From NCBI GenBank assembly GCA_014380985.1, contig JACMIU010000073.1:1-39981 (forward strand): DNA of 39,981 nucleotides. The letters run 5' to 3'. The notes below the pieces were generated by a model. It was not told the origin of the DNA and searched no databases. It was given only the letters and a program-made list of their open reading frames with translations. Shown here in pieces: positions 8,812 to 18,291 of the stretch (positions are counted from its first letter, which is position 1; every line of letters starts with the position of its first letter). The stretch comes from Armatimonadota bacterium (GTDB taxonomy: Bacteria > Armatimonadota > Armatimonadia > Armatimonadales > Armatimonadaceae). A program made the position numbers and the translations under genes.

Positions 8812-9477
8812 TTACAAGGTTATCAAGCCACGCTTCAGTGCCATTATCACTGCCTCGGTACGGTCACGGGCGTTCATTTTGGTCAAAATGTTATTAACGT
8901 GCGTTTTCACGGTGCCTTCCGTAATGAAAAGTGCGGTTCCTATCTGGTGATTGGTTTTGCCAGTCGCTATCAAAGAAAGCACCTCACTTTCACGGGACGT
9001 TAATTCGTTGCCGTTGATGCGCTCCACGAGTTTGGCGGCGATTTCCGGCGGGATAGCGCGTTGCCCCGAATACACCGCCATGATCGCGTTATACAATTCA
9101 TCGGCGGTGGCATCTTTTAGACAGTAACCACGCGCCCCGGCTTGCAATCCTTTGAAGATATACTCGTCGCCATCAAAAGAGGTCAATACCAGAATCCGCG
9201 CCCCGGTGTGAATAGCGCGAATGGCTACCATCGCTTTGAGTCCGTCCATTACCGGCATTCGTAAATCCATCAGCACAATATCCGGGCGATGAGTGCGATA
9301 GGCGCGAACGGCTTCTTGCCCATTGACCGCTTCTGCAACCACTACCATTTGCGGATTACGACTAATCAGCGAAATCAGCCCGGCACGCACTAAATAATGG
9401 TCGTCGGCTATCAGAACGCGAATTGCCTTCTTAGGTGACGTCGCGTCGGGAGCCGCCTCTGCGTCAGGAACGGTCAT
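8812..9477 (-). CDS. Response regulator, NarL/LuxR family (REC + LuxR-type HTH)
   Basis: The REC domain reads IRVLIADDHYLVRAGL...PDIVLMDLRMPVMDG. The C-terminal HTH reads LTSRESEVLSLIATGKTNHQIGTALFITEGTVKTHVNNILTKM. I chose the ATG at 9477 (MTVPDAE, ACGGAG about 10 nt upstream). The track ORF extends to 9618, overlapping the kinase stop at 9584. Confidence 0.9.
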   Translation of the reverse strand: MTVPDAEAAPDATSPKKAIRVLIADDHYLVRAGLISLISRNPQMVVVAEAVNGQEAVRAYRTHRPDIVLMDLRMPVMDGLKAMVAIRAIHTGARILVLTSFDGDEYIFKGLQAGARGYCLKDATADELYNAIMAVYSGQRAIPPEIAAKLVERINGNELTSRESEVLSLIATGKTNHQIGTALFITEGTVKTHVNNILTKMNARDRTEAVIMALKRGLITL

Positions 9478-9583
9478 CAAGGATGACTCCGTCGTCTGAG
9501 GCGGTGGAGCGGGTGGTCGCGGGTTTCCGCGTGATGTTTTGAAAGCAGTGCGTTGCATAAACGTTTCTCGAAAATAGGAAGCG

Positions 9584-10903
9584 TCAGAAGGAATTCCCAC
9601 TCCCCAAAGGAACCACAATTCGTACCCGCGTACCGCGCCCGACCTGCGTCACCAGCGACATATCGCCACCCATCGCTTCGACCCGTTCGCGCATTCCGAT
9701 CAGTCCGAAACCGCTTCCGCCCTGCCGATTATCCGCATCCCCGGCGTTTTGACAAAAACCACATCCGTTGTCTACCACGCACAAAGTCAGGGTGCATTCG
9801 GCGAATGTTAGGGAAATACGTACCTGCGGCGCGTTCGCGTGTCGCACGACATTCGTGAGCATCTCTGTCAGAAGGTGGCACAGTTCCCGCGAAACGCATT
9901 GGCGCATTTCCGCCTCTTCACCAATCACCTCAAAGTAGGTTCCGGTGCGATGCGCGATGGGGTTTAGCAATCGCCGTGCCGCTTGCAAAGCTTGCCCGGT
10001 GAAGTTCTTGTCGGTGTGCGAGGCAGACAACGTTGCTCCATCGGCTTCGCCGCTTTCGTGCAAACTCCACATCGTGTTGCGTAGGCGCTCCATCAGTCGC
10101 CGCGTCAACCCGGATGCAAGGGTGACATGGTGTTTCGCTTCCGCTGTAGTATTGTCGCCGCCATCTGCGCTACCGGTGTTCTCTTTCTCCGACGCCGCGA
10201 GCGATAGGCTGGCATTTTGCAGTTGCAAAACCGCTCCCGTGGCGTCCTGTACGATGGTGTCGTGCAGATCGCGGGCGATACGCCGCTTTTCATCAAGGCG
10301 CACCTGTCGTTCCGACTCTTCGCCGGTGTGTAACAGGGGGATACCATACAGAAGCATATCCGCCGCGAACTGCATCGTCTCGATTTCCGCCGGAGAGTAG
10401 GTAGTTTCGTCCGCATGACTGAGTGTCACAAAGCCGGTTTTTCCTTCGCTTCCTCTGCTGTAAAAGACAAACACAAACCGTCCGCACGAGTCGCGGTAAG
10501 CCATCGGTACGGGAACGGCGTTCGGGCGGCGGTAGCGATGGATGTGAGAAAGCACGGGGCGCGGCACAAACAGGGGGTCGCCTCCCGGTAACTGGCGCAA
10601 ATTATTAGCGCGGAGCGACAACTGCTCTGCTGTGAGCGTTGTTTTGTCGTACAGCCACACCGAAGCATGAACGCAAAGCGTTCCCGGACGGCTCGCCATC
10701 AGGCGACCGAGTATCGCGTCAGCGAAGGTCGCCAGTCCGCTCGGAGATGTGGGCGCGTGGGATGTCGGCGCGGCGGACGGACGACGGACGGTTCGCTTGT
10801 GCCGTGACGGCACAAGCGACGAGGGAGACGGAAAACTACGTTGGGGAGCGGTAGGCAGGAGAGACACCGCTGGGGAAAACACTTGTGATTCAGATCCTTG
10901 CAT
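9584..10903 (-). CDS. Soluble sensor histidine kinase, NarX/DegS-like (HisKA_3 + HATPase_c) with an N-terminal GAF-like sensor region
   Basis: H-box RRIARDLHDTIVQ. ATPase motifs LTEMLTNVVRHANA, DNGCGF and GGSGFGLIGMRERVEAMGG. I see no TM helix. The exact start is uncertain. Confidence 0.85.
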   Translation of the reverse strand: MQGSESQVFSPAVSLLPTAPQRSFPSPSSLVPSRHKRTVRRPSAAPTSHAPTSPSGLATFADAILGRLMASRPGTLCVHASVWLYDKTTLTAEQLSLRANNLRQLPGGDPLFVPRPVLSHIHRYRRPNAVPVPMAYRDSCGRFVFVFYSRGSEGKTGFVTLSHADETTYSPAEIETMQFAADMLLYGIPLLHTGEESERQVRLDEKRRIARDLHDTIVQDATGAVLQLQNASLSLAASEKENTGSADGGDNTTAEAKHHVTLASGLTRRLMERLRNTMWSLHESGEADGATLSASHTDKNFTGQALQAARRLLNPIAHRTGTYFEVIGEEAEMRQCVSRELCHLLTEMLTNVVRHANAPQVRISLTFAECTLTLCVVDNGCGFCQNAGDADNRQGGSGFGLIGMRERVEAMGGDMSLVTQVGRGTRVRIVVPLGSGNSF

Positions 10904-11331
10904 GAAAAAATTCCTCGTTCTTTGCGACGCTTAGCGTCCACAATATTTCTGCACTTCTTGCTGATTGATTAAAAACCTCACTTATTCACTACTCATTCGC
11001 GAGTAGCCTACGGGATGGATGCGGCTTCGCCGCCGGATGGAGACAGAGCCGAAATGGCTCAGTCTCTGTGTATGAATCCTATATTACGCATCCTATAAAC
11101 CGATCTACAAATCTGTTTTTGTGAGAAAAAACGGTGGTGCTAAAAAGCCTTTTCTATGTTGTTTAGGGAAACGGGGGCGTGGGAAGGCTACTTTATGAAA
11201 CGTAACGGTTTCTACTTGCCCAGCAACTTGGCTCTGTTTCCCCATAATACCCGGTTCCTGCTAAATCTTTATCTATCTAAAGATAGAAATGTGGTTCTTT
11301 CTTCGCGCCGATACCGTGTAACCTGCGCCGG

Positions 11332-11340
11332 TGTTACAAT
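11332..11340 (+). promoter_or_regulatory. Possible extended -10 element (TGtTACAAT) for the plus-strand EPS operon
   Basis: tgttacaat lies 43 nt upstream of the priming transferase ATG (11383). There is no good -35 hexamer (taccgt). Confidence 0.25.
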
Positions 11341-11382
11341 TTTTGCGTCAACCGACCTTTCAAACGAAAAGAGAACACGCGG

Positions 11383-12084
11383 ATGCAACGAACCGAGAAC
11401 ACGATAAGTACATACGGCGCACCTCCCTATTTTTCCACCGCCCCGGCATCGGAACATTTGAGGGCATCGTCCGCAAAGGACGTTCGTTACCGGATTGCCA
11501 AACGCACACTGGATATTGTTGTTGCCGCCACGATGCTTGTGTTGCTTTTTCCCTTGTTCGTGCTGATCGCCCTGCTCGTATCGTTGCCGAAAGGCGAGCC
11601 CGCTTTCTATTGGCAACTGCGCGTCGGGCAAAACGGCAGACGGTTTCGTTTTTATAAGTTCCGCTCTATGGTGGTCGGCGCAGATGCCATTAAAGCAAGT
11701 CTGATGGCAAAAAACGAGGCGGATGGACCCATCTTCAAAATCAAGCATGATCCGCGTGTCACGCCTGTGGGGCGGATTCTACGGCGATACTCGCTCGACG
11801 AACTGCCGCAACTGATCCATGTTTTGCGCGGCGAGATGAGCCTTGTCGGACCCCGTCCACATTTGCCCCAAGAAATTGCCGATTGTTCGCATTATCCGGC
11901 GGAGCGACTCACGGTTCCGCCCGGTTTGTTATGTTTGCGCGAGGTCGGGACACGCTCGCTGATGAGTTTTGACCAATGGCTTGACAGCGATCTCGAATAT
12001 ATCCGAACCCGTAGCCTGCGAACCGATTTTTCCATTCTGTGCCGCGCTTTTCGGGCGGTTGCTCAAGCAGAAGGAGCCTACTAA
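11383..12084 (+). CDS. Undecaprenyl-phosphate sugar phosphotransferase (small monotopic Bac_transf/PGT; priming enzyme)
   Basis: 233 aa. Motifs: KRTLDIVVAATMLVLLFPLFVLIALLV, FYKFRSM and GPIFKIKHDPRVTPVGRILRRYSLDELPQLIHVLRGEMSLVGPRP. Confidence 0.9.
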   Translation: MQRTENTISTYGAPPYFSTAPASEHLRASSAKDVRYRIAKRTLDIVVAATMLVLLFPLFVLIALLVSLPKGEPAFYWQLRVGQNGRRFRFYKFRSMVVGADAIKASLMAKNEADGPIFKIKHDPRVTPVGRILRRYSLDELPQLIHVLRGEMSLVGPRPHLPQEIADCSHYPAERLTVPPGLLCLREVGTRSLMSFDQWLDSDLEYIRTRSLRTDFSILCRAFRAVAQAEGAY

Positions 12085-12086
12085 CC

Positions 12087-12971
12087 ATGTCCACTTTGCA
12101 AGCACTTCAGCCCTCCCCCACCTCGCCGACCCACTTTTCGCCGTTTGCGTCGGCGGCGTTGGGAAAACCGCGACCCTGTATCAGGGTCGCCGGAGTGTCC
12201 TTCGATGATGTCACCATGCCCGAAGCGGTGGAACGAATCGCGCAGATGGCGCGAAACACCGACCACGCCCGGCACGTTTGCACCGGTAATCTCGACCACC
12301 TCACGATGCTGGAAAGCGATAGTGCTTTCCGCGCCGCGTATGATAGCGCAGACCTCGTGTTGGCGGACGGAATGCCGGTGGTGTGGCTGTCGCGTCTCGA
12401 CAAAACGCAACCGCCTTTGCGTGAGCGCGTTGCCGGAAGCGATCTGTTTTTTGAACTGGGGGCGTTGTCGGCACGAACGGATTTGCGTCTGTTTTTCCTC
12501 GGCGGTGCGCCCGGCGCGGCGAGCCGTGCCGCCGCCGTTTTGCGAAAAAAATACCCGGACGTGTGTGTCGCCGACACCTATTGCCCCGACTTCGCCACGT
12601 TCGGTACGCCCGAAGAAGAAGCGCGAATCACCGAGCGTGTTCAATCCGCCCGCCCGCATATTTTGCTGGTCGGTCTCGGCGCACCGAAACAGGAGAAGTG
12701 GATTCTCGCTAACAAAGACCGACTTGGTGTGCCGCTCAGTGTCGGTGTCGGTGGGTCGTTTGAAATGGCGGCAGGCATGGTGAAACGCGCCCCGGTTTGG
12801 ATGCAAAAAACGGGGCTGGAATGGTGTCACCGGATGATGCAGGAACCGGGGCGACTGACGAAACGCTACATGGGGCGGGACTTGCCTTTTTTACTGAAGT
12901 TGCTTTGGCGCACGGCGCGTCCGGTGCGCCAAAGTAGAGCGATGTATGAATCGGGAAGGGTGAATCTATGA
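12087..12971 (+). CDS. WecG/TagA/CpsF-family glycosyltransferase
   Basis: Motifs: LVLADGMPVVWLSRL, FFLGGAPG and ILLVGLGAPKQEKWI...VGVGGSFEMAAGMVKRAPVWMQKTGLEWCHRMMQEPGRL. The start is set at ATG 12087, with AAGGAG 10 nt upstream. The track ORF begins at 12039, inside the previous gene. Confidence 0.9.
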   Translation: MSTLQALQPSPTSPTHFSPFASAALGKPRPCIRVAGVSFDDVTMPEAVERIAQMARNTDHARHVCTGNLDHLTMLESDSAFRAAYDSADLVLADGMPVVWLSRLDKTQPPLRERVAGSDLFFELGALSARTDLRLFFLGGAPGAASRAAAVLRKKYPDVCVADTYCPDFATFGTPEEEARITERVQSARPHILLVGLGAPKQEKWILANKDRLGVPLSVGVGGSFEMAAGMVKRAPVWMQKTGLEWCHRMMQEPGRLTKRYMGRDLPFLLKLLWRTARPVRQSRAMYESGRVNL

Positions 12972-14212
12972 ATCTCGGCACTCCTTTATCGGTGGTCTGC
13001 GTTCAAATAGCCAATGGCTATTCGCCGGAGTTTCGTGTCTTTGACCGGATGTCACGGGTGAGTCACGACGCGCTAAAAGCGACGGTTATCTATAACCGCT
13101 GGAACGAGACGGATGGCGATGCACCGCGTTTTGCCGCCCGCGCCGCCCAAGAAACTCAGCCACCGATGCACGGCGTTGATTTCGGCTGGCGATCCGTCGC
13201 GGCGGGGCGATCCTTCGCGCAGAAAGCGTTGCCCTATGTGCGCCTCGCGGCGTCGCTTCCCACGGTGCTTCACCGAACGCGGCAGGCAAAACCCGACGTT
13301 ATCTATTCGTCGCAACAGTTGTGGGACTGCCGCGTCGCTACCTTTTTGGCAAAACGGCTCCGCGTTCCGCAGGTGATTCATCTGCATTACCACGTTGGCA
13401 AATGGCTCCACCAACCGGTACTGAACCGCTTGCTCGCGTGTGATCATGTGGTTACGGTGAGCGATTTTATCCGCCGGGAGGCTTTGCGCCACGGCGTCGC
13501 CCCGGAGCGCGTGACCACGATTTTGAACACGGCGGATCCGCTCACGCTATCGCCGGAAGGTTCCCGCGAAGCCGTCCGCGCCGAACTCGGTGTCGCGCCG
13601 GACGCGCCTTTTTGGGGCAATATTTCGCGCCTTGACCCGGAGAAGGGGCAGGAAGATATTCTGCGCGCTTTTGCCCGCGTCGTGCGTGAGTTTCCCGAAG
13701 CGCGGCTTCTTATCGTCGGTTCGGAAACGCCGTGGAAGCCCGGCTACCGCGCTCATCTGGAAACGCTCGCGGCTGAACTAAAAATTGAGAGGCAAGTGAT
13801 CTTCGCCGGTTTTCGCTCCGACGTGCCGCGCCTTCTTGCCGCGCTCGACGGCTTTATTCATCCGTCGTTCAAGGAACCGTTCGGTCTCGCCATAGCGGAG
13901 GCGGCGCAAGCGGGATTACCTATCGTGGCGTATGCCGATGGGGGAACGCCGGAACTGGTGCATCATGGGGTCACGGGGCTGCTCGCCGAACTTTCCGCCG
14001 GGCATACCGGGCTTGCGGAAGCATGGGCGGCACTCATCGGCGACCCGCAAACGGCGCGGCGCATGGGGCGGGCGGCAAAAACGTGTATCACATCGGGCGC
14101 GTTTGTGCCGCAGTTCGCATCGCACTCTTTCCTGCAGACGCTCTGCCGCGTCGTCCGCGTGTCGCCCGCTCCGCTTGCCGCATCCGTGGCAACGCAAAAG
14201 GTGACATTATGA
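12968..14212 (+). CDS. Glycosyltransferase, GT4 (GT-B) family
   Basis: 414 aa. Motifs: RLDPEKGQEDILRAF and GFIHPSFKEPFGLAIAEAAQAGLPIVAYADGGTPELVHHGVTGLL (E-x7-E type). ATGA overlap with the previous gene. Confidence 0.85.
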   Translation: MNLGTPLSVVCVQIANGYSPEFRVFDRMSRVSHDALKATVIYNRWNETDGDAPRFAARAAQETQPPMHGVDFGWRSVAAGRSFAQKALPYVRLAASLPTVLHRTRQAKPDVIYSSQQLWDCRVATFLAKRLRVPQVIHLHYHVGKWLHQPVLNRLLACDHVVTVSDFIRREALRHGVAPERVTTILNTADPLTLSPEGSREAVRAELGVAPDAPFWGNISRLDPEKGQEDILRAFARVVREFPEARLLIVGSETPWKPGYRAHLETLAAELKIERQVIFAGFRSDVPRLLAALDGFIHPSFKEPFGLAIAEAAQAGLPIVAYADGGTPELVHHGVTGLLAELSAGHTGLAEAWAALIGDPQTARRMGRAAKTCITSGAFVPQFASHSFLQTLCRVVRVSPAPLAASVATQKVTL

Positions 14213-15150
14213 CGCCGCTTGTCTCGACCGTGATACCGACGCGCAACCGCGCCGCCATGCTCGCGTTCGCGGTTCGCTCCGCGCTGGCACAAACGGACGC
14301 GAACGGCGACCCGGTTTCGCAGGAAATCATTATCGCCGACGATTGCTCCACCGACAACACGCTTGCGGTCGCTCTCGCCTTGAAGCAAGAACAGCCGGAA
14401 CGGGTGCGATACCGGCGCGTTCAAACCGGAACTCCCGGTGGCACACGTAACGCGGGAGCGAAGTTCGCCACCGGGAAGTATCTCGCCTTTCTCGACGACG
14501 ACGACGCTTGGCTACCGGGTCGGCTCACAAAGGCATTAACCGCTTTCGCCGCGTCGCCGCAAGCGGGCTTTGTTTATGCCCAAGCCACGCCGACGGATGC
14601 CTTCCTGCATCCGGCGAGCGACTCGCGTAACGATTTCCCCCTGCTTCCCCTGCCTGAAGGACACCCGGTAGGGGCGTTTCTCGCGTCGCCCCCGCACCTG
14701 AATGCGACCCTGTTCCGACGCGACGCTTTCGAGCTAGTCGGTGGATTCAATGCCACGTTGTCCGGGTTCGAGGATGCCGATTTGATGATACGTATGGTGC
14801 GCCGGTATCCGTGCGTCGCCGTGCAGGAACCGCTCGCCCTGATGCGTACCCACGCCGACAGTTTGAACAGTGGCGTCAAGGTGTGGCAACGCTTTCAGGA
14901 CGAACTACGCGCCCGTCGGTTTCATCTGTCCGTGCGCGACGATTACCGCCCTAACTTTGCCGAGCGTTTGCGCCTTTCCCTGCGGTGTCGCGGCTGGTAT
15001 GTGAGCCGGTTTTTGGGCGCGGTGGAGCGGGCGACGCGGCGTGAGGAAGTGCGCGAGGGAGTGCGCTACGCCCTTCGTACCTCGCCGCTACACGCTTTGA
15101 AAAGTCCGCTCTTGTGGCGGGCATTGATGATGAAAGGCGGAAACTCATGA
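14209..15150 (+). CDS. Glycosyltransferase, GT2 family
   Basis: Motifs: MTPLVSTVIPTRNRAAMLAFAVRSAL...IIIADDCSTDNT...YLAFLDDDDAW (DxD). The start at 14209 forms an ATGA overlap with the upstream stop. The track ORF starts earlier, at 14023. Confidence 0.85.
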   Translation: MTPLVSTVIPTRNRAAMLAFAVRSALAQTDANGDPVSQEIIIADDCSTDNTLAVALALKQEQPERVRYRRVQTGTPGGTRNAGAKFATGKYLAFLDDDDAWLPGRLTKALTAFAASPQAGFVYAQATPTDAFLHPASDSRNDFPLLPLPEGHPVGAFLASPPHLNATLFRRDAFELVGGFNATLSGFEDADLMIRMVRRYPCVAVQEPLALMRTHADSLNSGVKVWQRFQDELRARRFHLSVRDDYRPNFAERLRLSLRCRGWYVSRFLGAVERATRREEVREGVRYALRTSPLHALKSPLLWRALMMKGGNS

Positions 15151-16235
15151 CGCATCATTTTGCTTTCGTGATGGATCAGCCGTCGCGTTCCTACACCGAA
15201 TCGCTCACGATTGAGCGCGTTGTGATGAGCGATAGCTCGATTGCGCCTACCTTTGTTCCCGTGCGCTACGACCTTGGCGGCAAACCGCTCCTTGCCGCAC
15301 TAAGTCTTTTTCCCAACACCGTGCGCGACACACTTGCCGGTATCGAGGAGATTCATCGCGGTCTTGCCGGGAAACGACCCGACGCGGTGCTATGGGCGAC
15401 CGGCGCGGCAAAATCGGTGATGGGTCTGGTTTCCTCCGCGCCCGCTTTTCTCGTGGTGGAAATGACTCCGCTACAAAAAGAACGAATGGAATCGCAAAAA
15501 GAACAGTCCGCCGTTCGGAGAACGTTTCTGCGCGACGCGAATCACGCCACCACCGCGCAGTTGTATGACCGGGCGGCGCATCTGTTTGTGGGAAGCGAGT
15601 GGGTGGCAAGAAGCCTACGCCACGATTACGCCGTGCCGTCCGAAAAAATAACCGTTGTCAGACCCGGTGTAGACACGGGGCATTTTTGTCCCGCCACGAT
15701 CTGTAAATCCAGAAGCGGAGTGGTACGGCTTTTAGTCGTCGGCAACGACTTTTACGGCAACGGGGGCGAACTGCTCTTGAAATGGGCGCAACAAACGCGA
15801 ACGCCCGTTCCGTGGGAGTTGCATTTGGTGACGAGCGACGCGATGAAGGTTTTACCGCCCGGTGTGTTCACGCATCCCGCTGTGCAAAGCAATAGTCCGG
15901 AACAGTTGCGCCTTTATCAGACCTGCGATTTGTTGGTGCAACCGGCGTGTGCCGACAACAATTCGCTGGCGGTGGTCGAGGCGATGGCAACGGGGCTACC
16001 CGTACTCGCCGCCAACACCTGCGGCGTTTGTGAAATTGTCTCCGAAGGCGAAACCGGAATGCTGTTTGCTCCGAAGGATTTTGACACACTGGCGGCGCGT
16101 CTGAACACTTTGATAGAATCGCCCGACCTGCGCCGGGAGATGGGAAACGCCGCCCGCGAACGCGCCGTGCGCCTTTTCGATGCCCGCCGCAATATCGGGC
16201 GTATTTTAACCACCATGCACGAGGTAGCGGCGTGA
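15147..16235 (+). CDS. Glycosyltransferase, GT4 (GT-B) family
   Basis: C-terminal NSLAVVEAMATGLPVLAANTCGVCEIVSEGETGMLF. The start at 15147 (MTHHF) forms an ATGA overlap with the upstream stop. Confidence 0.8.
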   Translation: MTHHFAFVMDQPSRSYTESLTIERVVMSDSSIAPTFVPVRYDLGGKPLLAALSLFPNTVRDTLAGIEEIHRGLAGKRPDAVLWATGAAKSVMGLVSSAPAFLVVEMTPLQKERMESQKEQSAVRRTFLRDANHATTAQLYDRAAHLFVGSEWVARSLRHDYAVPSEKITVVRPGVDTGHFCPATICKSRSGVVRLLVVGNDFYGNGGELLLKWAQQTRTPVPWELHLVTSDAMKVLPPGVFTHPAVQSNSPEQLRLYQTCDLLVQPACADNNSLAVVEAMATGLPVLAANTCGVCEIVSEGETGMLFAPKDFDTLAARLNTLIESPDLRREMGNAARERAVRLFDARRNIGRILTTMHEVAA

Positions 16236-16272
16236 AAGTCCGCTACCTGCAACTAACAAGGAAACGAAAACT

Positions 16273-17217
16273 ATGAACAGAATCGCCGTTGGCGCACTCA
16301 CCGTTGCGCTCTTAGCCTCGCTCGCCGCGAACGCTCTGCTATACACGCGCTACTCCGCGAGCCGTCCGCTTCTCACGATGGGCGACACCGTGGTAACGCG
16401 CAAGGATTACCGCGACGCCCTTGATACGCAGCACGGCAAGACAGTGCTACGCAAACTCGTGCTTTCCCGGTTGGTCGAGCGCGAAGCCCGCAAAGCGGGT
16501 GTGCTACCCACGACCGTGCAGGTAGACGAACGCTTGAAAAAGTTAGAAAGCACCGCGCCTGCCGTAGTACGGGCGGCACAAGCGGATGCGGCGCGTCTGT
16601 ACACTTTGCGTACCGACGTGTTCAACGACCTTGCGCTGGACGCATTGCGGATGCGCGAAGTAAGCGTGAGCGACGCGCAGGTTGCTGACTACTATGCGAA
16701 AAACCGCGCCCAGTTTGTGCGCCCGATGCAGGTGGATACCACGGCGGTGATGACGGCGACCGAGAGCGATGCCGCGACCGCCGCGACGCTTCTGAAGCAG
16801 GATATGAAGCCACATATCATCGCCCGACAGCCACGCATGAACGTGGTCGGTATACGCGGTTTTCAACCGGACTTTAGCAAACTCGCCCCTGCCGACGCGA
16901 CGCGACTGGAAGGCGCGATGCGAAACACCAAGCCGGGTCAGGTAACCACCGTGCTACTACAAGGCAACTTTCTGGTGTTCCGGGTGCGCCGACAACAGGG
17001 TACGCAAGTGCTAACGCTTGCGGCGGCGCGAGACGAAGTGAAACGGCAGGCGACGCTCGCGCAAGCCCCCTCACAACAAGAGTATCTCGTCCGTCTGTAT
17101 CAGGAATCTCACCCGGTATTCGAGGCAAACCAGTATGCCGAGTACTTCCGCGAGTTCGAGGAAGCGCGTGTCGCTCCGGCGAAGCCAGTGGCAACAAGGC
17201 AGACCGCGTCGCGCTAA
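16273..17217 (+). CDS. Membrane-anchored SurA/PpiD-like periplasmic chaperone with an apparently degenerate parvulin region (EpsD-like position)
   Basis: N-terminal anchor MNRIAVGALTVALLASLAANALLY. SurA-N-like segments are VVTRKDYRDALDTQHGKTVLRKLVLSRLVEREARKAGV and VSDAQVADYYAKNRAQFVRP. The C-terminal GQVTTVLLQGNFLVFRV resembles a rotamase strand, but I do not see the usual parvulin His residues. Confidence 0.6.
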   Translation: MNRIAVGALTVALLASLAANALLYTRYSASRPLLTMGDTVVTRKDYRDALDTQHGKTVLRKLVLSRLVEREARKAGVLPTTVQVDERLKKLESTAPAVVRAAQADAARLYTLRTDVFNDLALDALRMREVSVSDAQVADYYAKNRAQFVRPMQVDTTAVMTATESDAATAATLLKQDMKPHIIARQPRMNVVGIRGFQPDFSKLAPADATRLEGAMRNTKPGQVTTVLLQGNFLVFRVRRQQGTQVLTLAAARDEVKRQATLAQAPSQQEYLVRLYQESHPVFEANQYAEYFREFEEARVAPAKPVATRQTASR

Positions 17218-17475
17218 AACCGCTGCTGCTCCGTGCGCTCTATCGAAAGGTAGAGAGGAACCTCTTTATAAAAGCCCTGATGAAAAAGGCTACCTTGCTA
17301 TAAGATTAGAGAGAACGAGCGTTATATCGTTCTCGCGGAGCAAACGTGCAATCACCATCTGCGCGGGAGGAGAAGCGACATACCGCCTTCCTCCCGCCAC
17401 CACTTTTCCGCGAATAGGCGCGGACTTGACCGGTGCTATAAAGTCAGCACCAATGTATTGTAAAGGATAAACATT

Positions 17476-18123
17476 ATGTCCAATAAAATCAACCTCGGTC
17501 TCGTCTCCGCGCTCGGCATCGCCCTGCTCGGCTTCGGAACCACCGCCGCCCATGCCGACATCGTACCCGGTGTTGGATCGCCCACCGTGGCAGCAAGCGG
17601 AACCGGCACCTTTCTGTTCACCTACGAAATCTTCGTAACCAACACGCAACAAGTCAACACGGGCGACTTTTTCGTGATCTATGATTTCGCAGGTTTCGTA
17701 GCGGTGGACTCGGCTCCGGGAGCATACTCGTTTACCAACCAGTTGCTTGGTCCGAACCCCGTGCTTAGCTCGCAAGGTGGTGTTATTGCAACGGATAGCG
17801 CGACGCTTCAAAACGTCACGTTCACCTACACCGGTGGAGCCACGATCTTCGGGGGACCGACTTCGCTCGGATTCTTCACGATTGAGTCCATCTTCGGCAC
17901 CGCCTCGACCACGACGGCGTTTGTCGGAGCCGGAACCGACCAAGAAACGGGTTTGCAAAACGCGAACATCACCAACGTGTTGACGCCGACCGCAAGCGCG
18001 ATTCCCGAACCGGGTGAGTGGGCGTTCGCCGGATTCGCCGGTATGAGCGTTCTCGGACTTGTCGTTCGCGCTCGCAAAAACAAAATGTCCGGTGTTAAAA
18101 CCACCGGCGTTGCAACCGCATAA
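17476..18123 (+). CDS. PEP-CTERM sorting-domain protein (exosortase substrate)
   Basis: Signal peptide MSNKINLGLVSALGIALLGFGTTAAHA. The C-terminus AIPEPGEWAFAGFAGMSVLGLVVRARKNK is a PEP motif, a TM helix and a basic cluster, followed by an extra 12 aa (MSGVKTTGVATA). AAAGGA lies 8 nt upstream of the ATG. Confidence 0.85.
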   Translation: MSNKINLGLVSALGIALLGFGTTAAHADIVPGVGSPTVAASGTGTFLFTYEIFVTNTQQVNTGDFFVIYDFAGFVAVDSAPGAYSFTNQLLGPNPVLSSQGGVIATDSATLQNVTFTYTGGATIFGGPTSLGFFTIESIFGTASTTTAFVGAGTDQETGLQNANITNVLTPTASAIPEPGEWAFAGFAGMSVLGLVVRARKNKMSGVKTTGVATA

Positions 18124-18291
18124 GGAGCCATTGCCATTACCGCCAAAGAAAATATAACGCTTGACACCCGCGACCTCAGGGAAGATGCCGAAACGGCAAA
18201 CACGTTCCCCCCGCCCTTCCAAGGCACATTAGCGGCGAAACAGGCAGACCTATCGAACGGAGTTGCCGCAAGCGCGATAACCCCGCTCACT

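Noticed and set aside
12081-12830. 249-aa minus-strand ORF (and the 212-aa +3 ORF at 12145) overlapping the WecG/TagA gene
   Set aside because: There are no motifs and the composition is Arg-rich. The WecG/TagA frame has unmistakable family motifs.
17290-18222. 310-aa minus-strand ORF antisense to the PEP-CTERM gene
   Set aside because: Its Gly/Arg-rich low-complexity translation is typical of antisense frames in GC-rich DNA. The plus-strand gene has a signal peptide, an SD and a clean PEP-CTERM tail.
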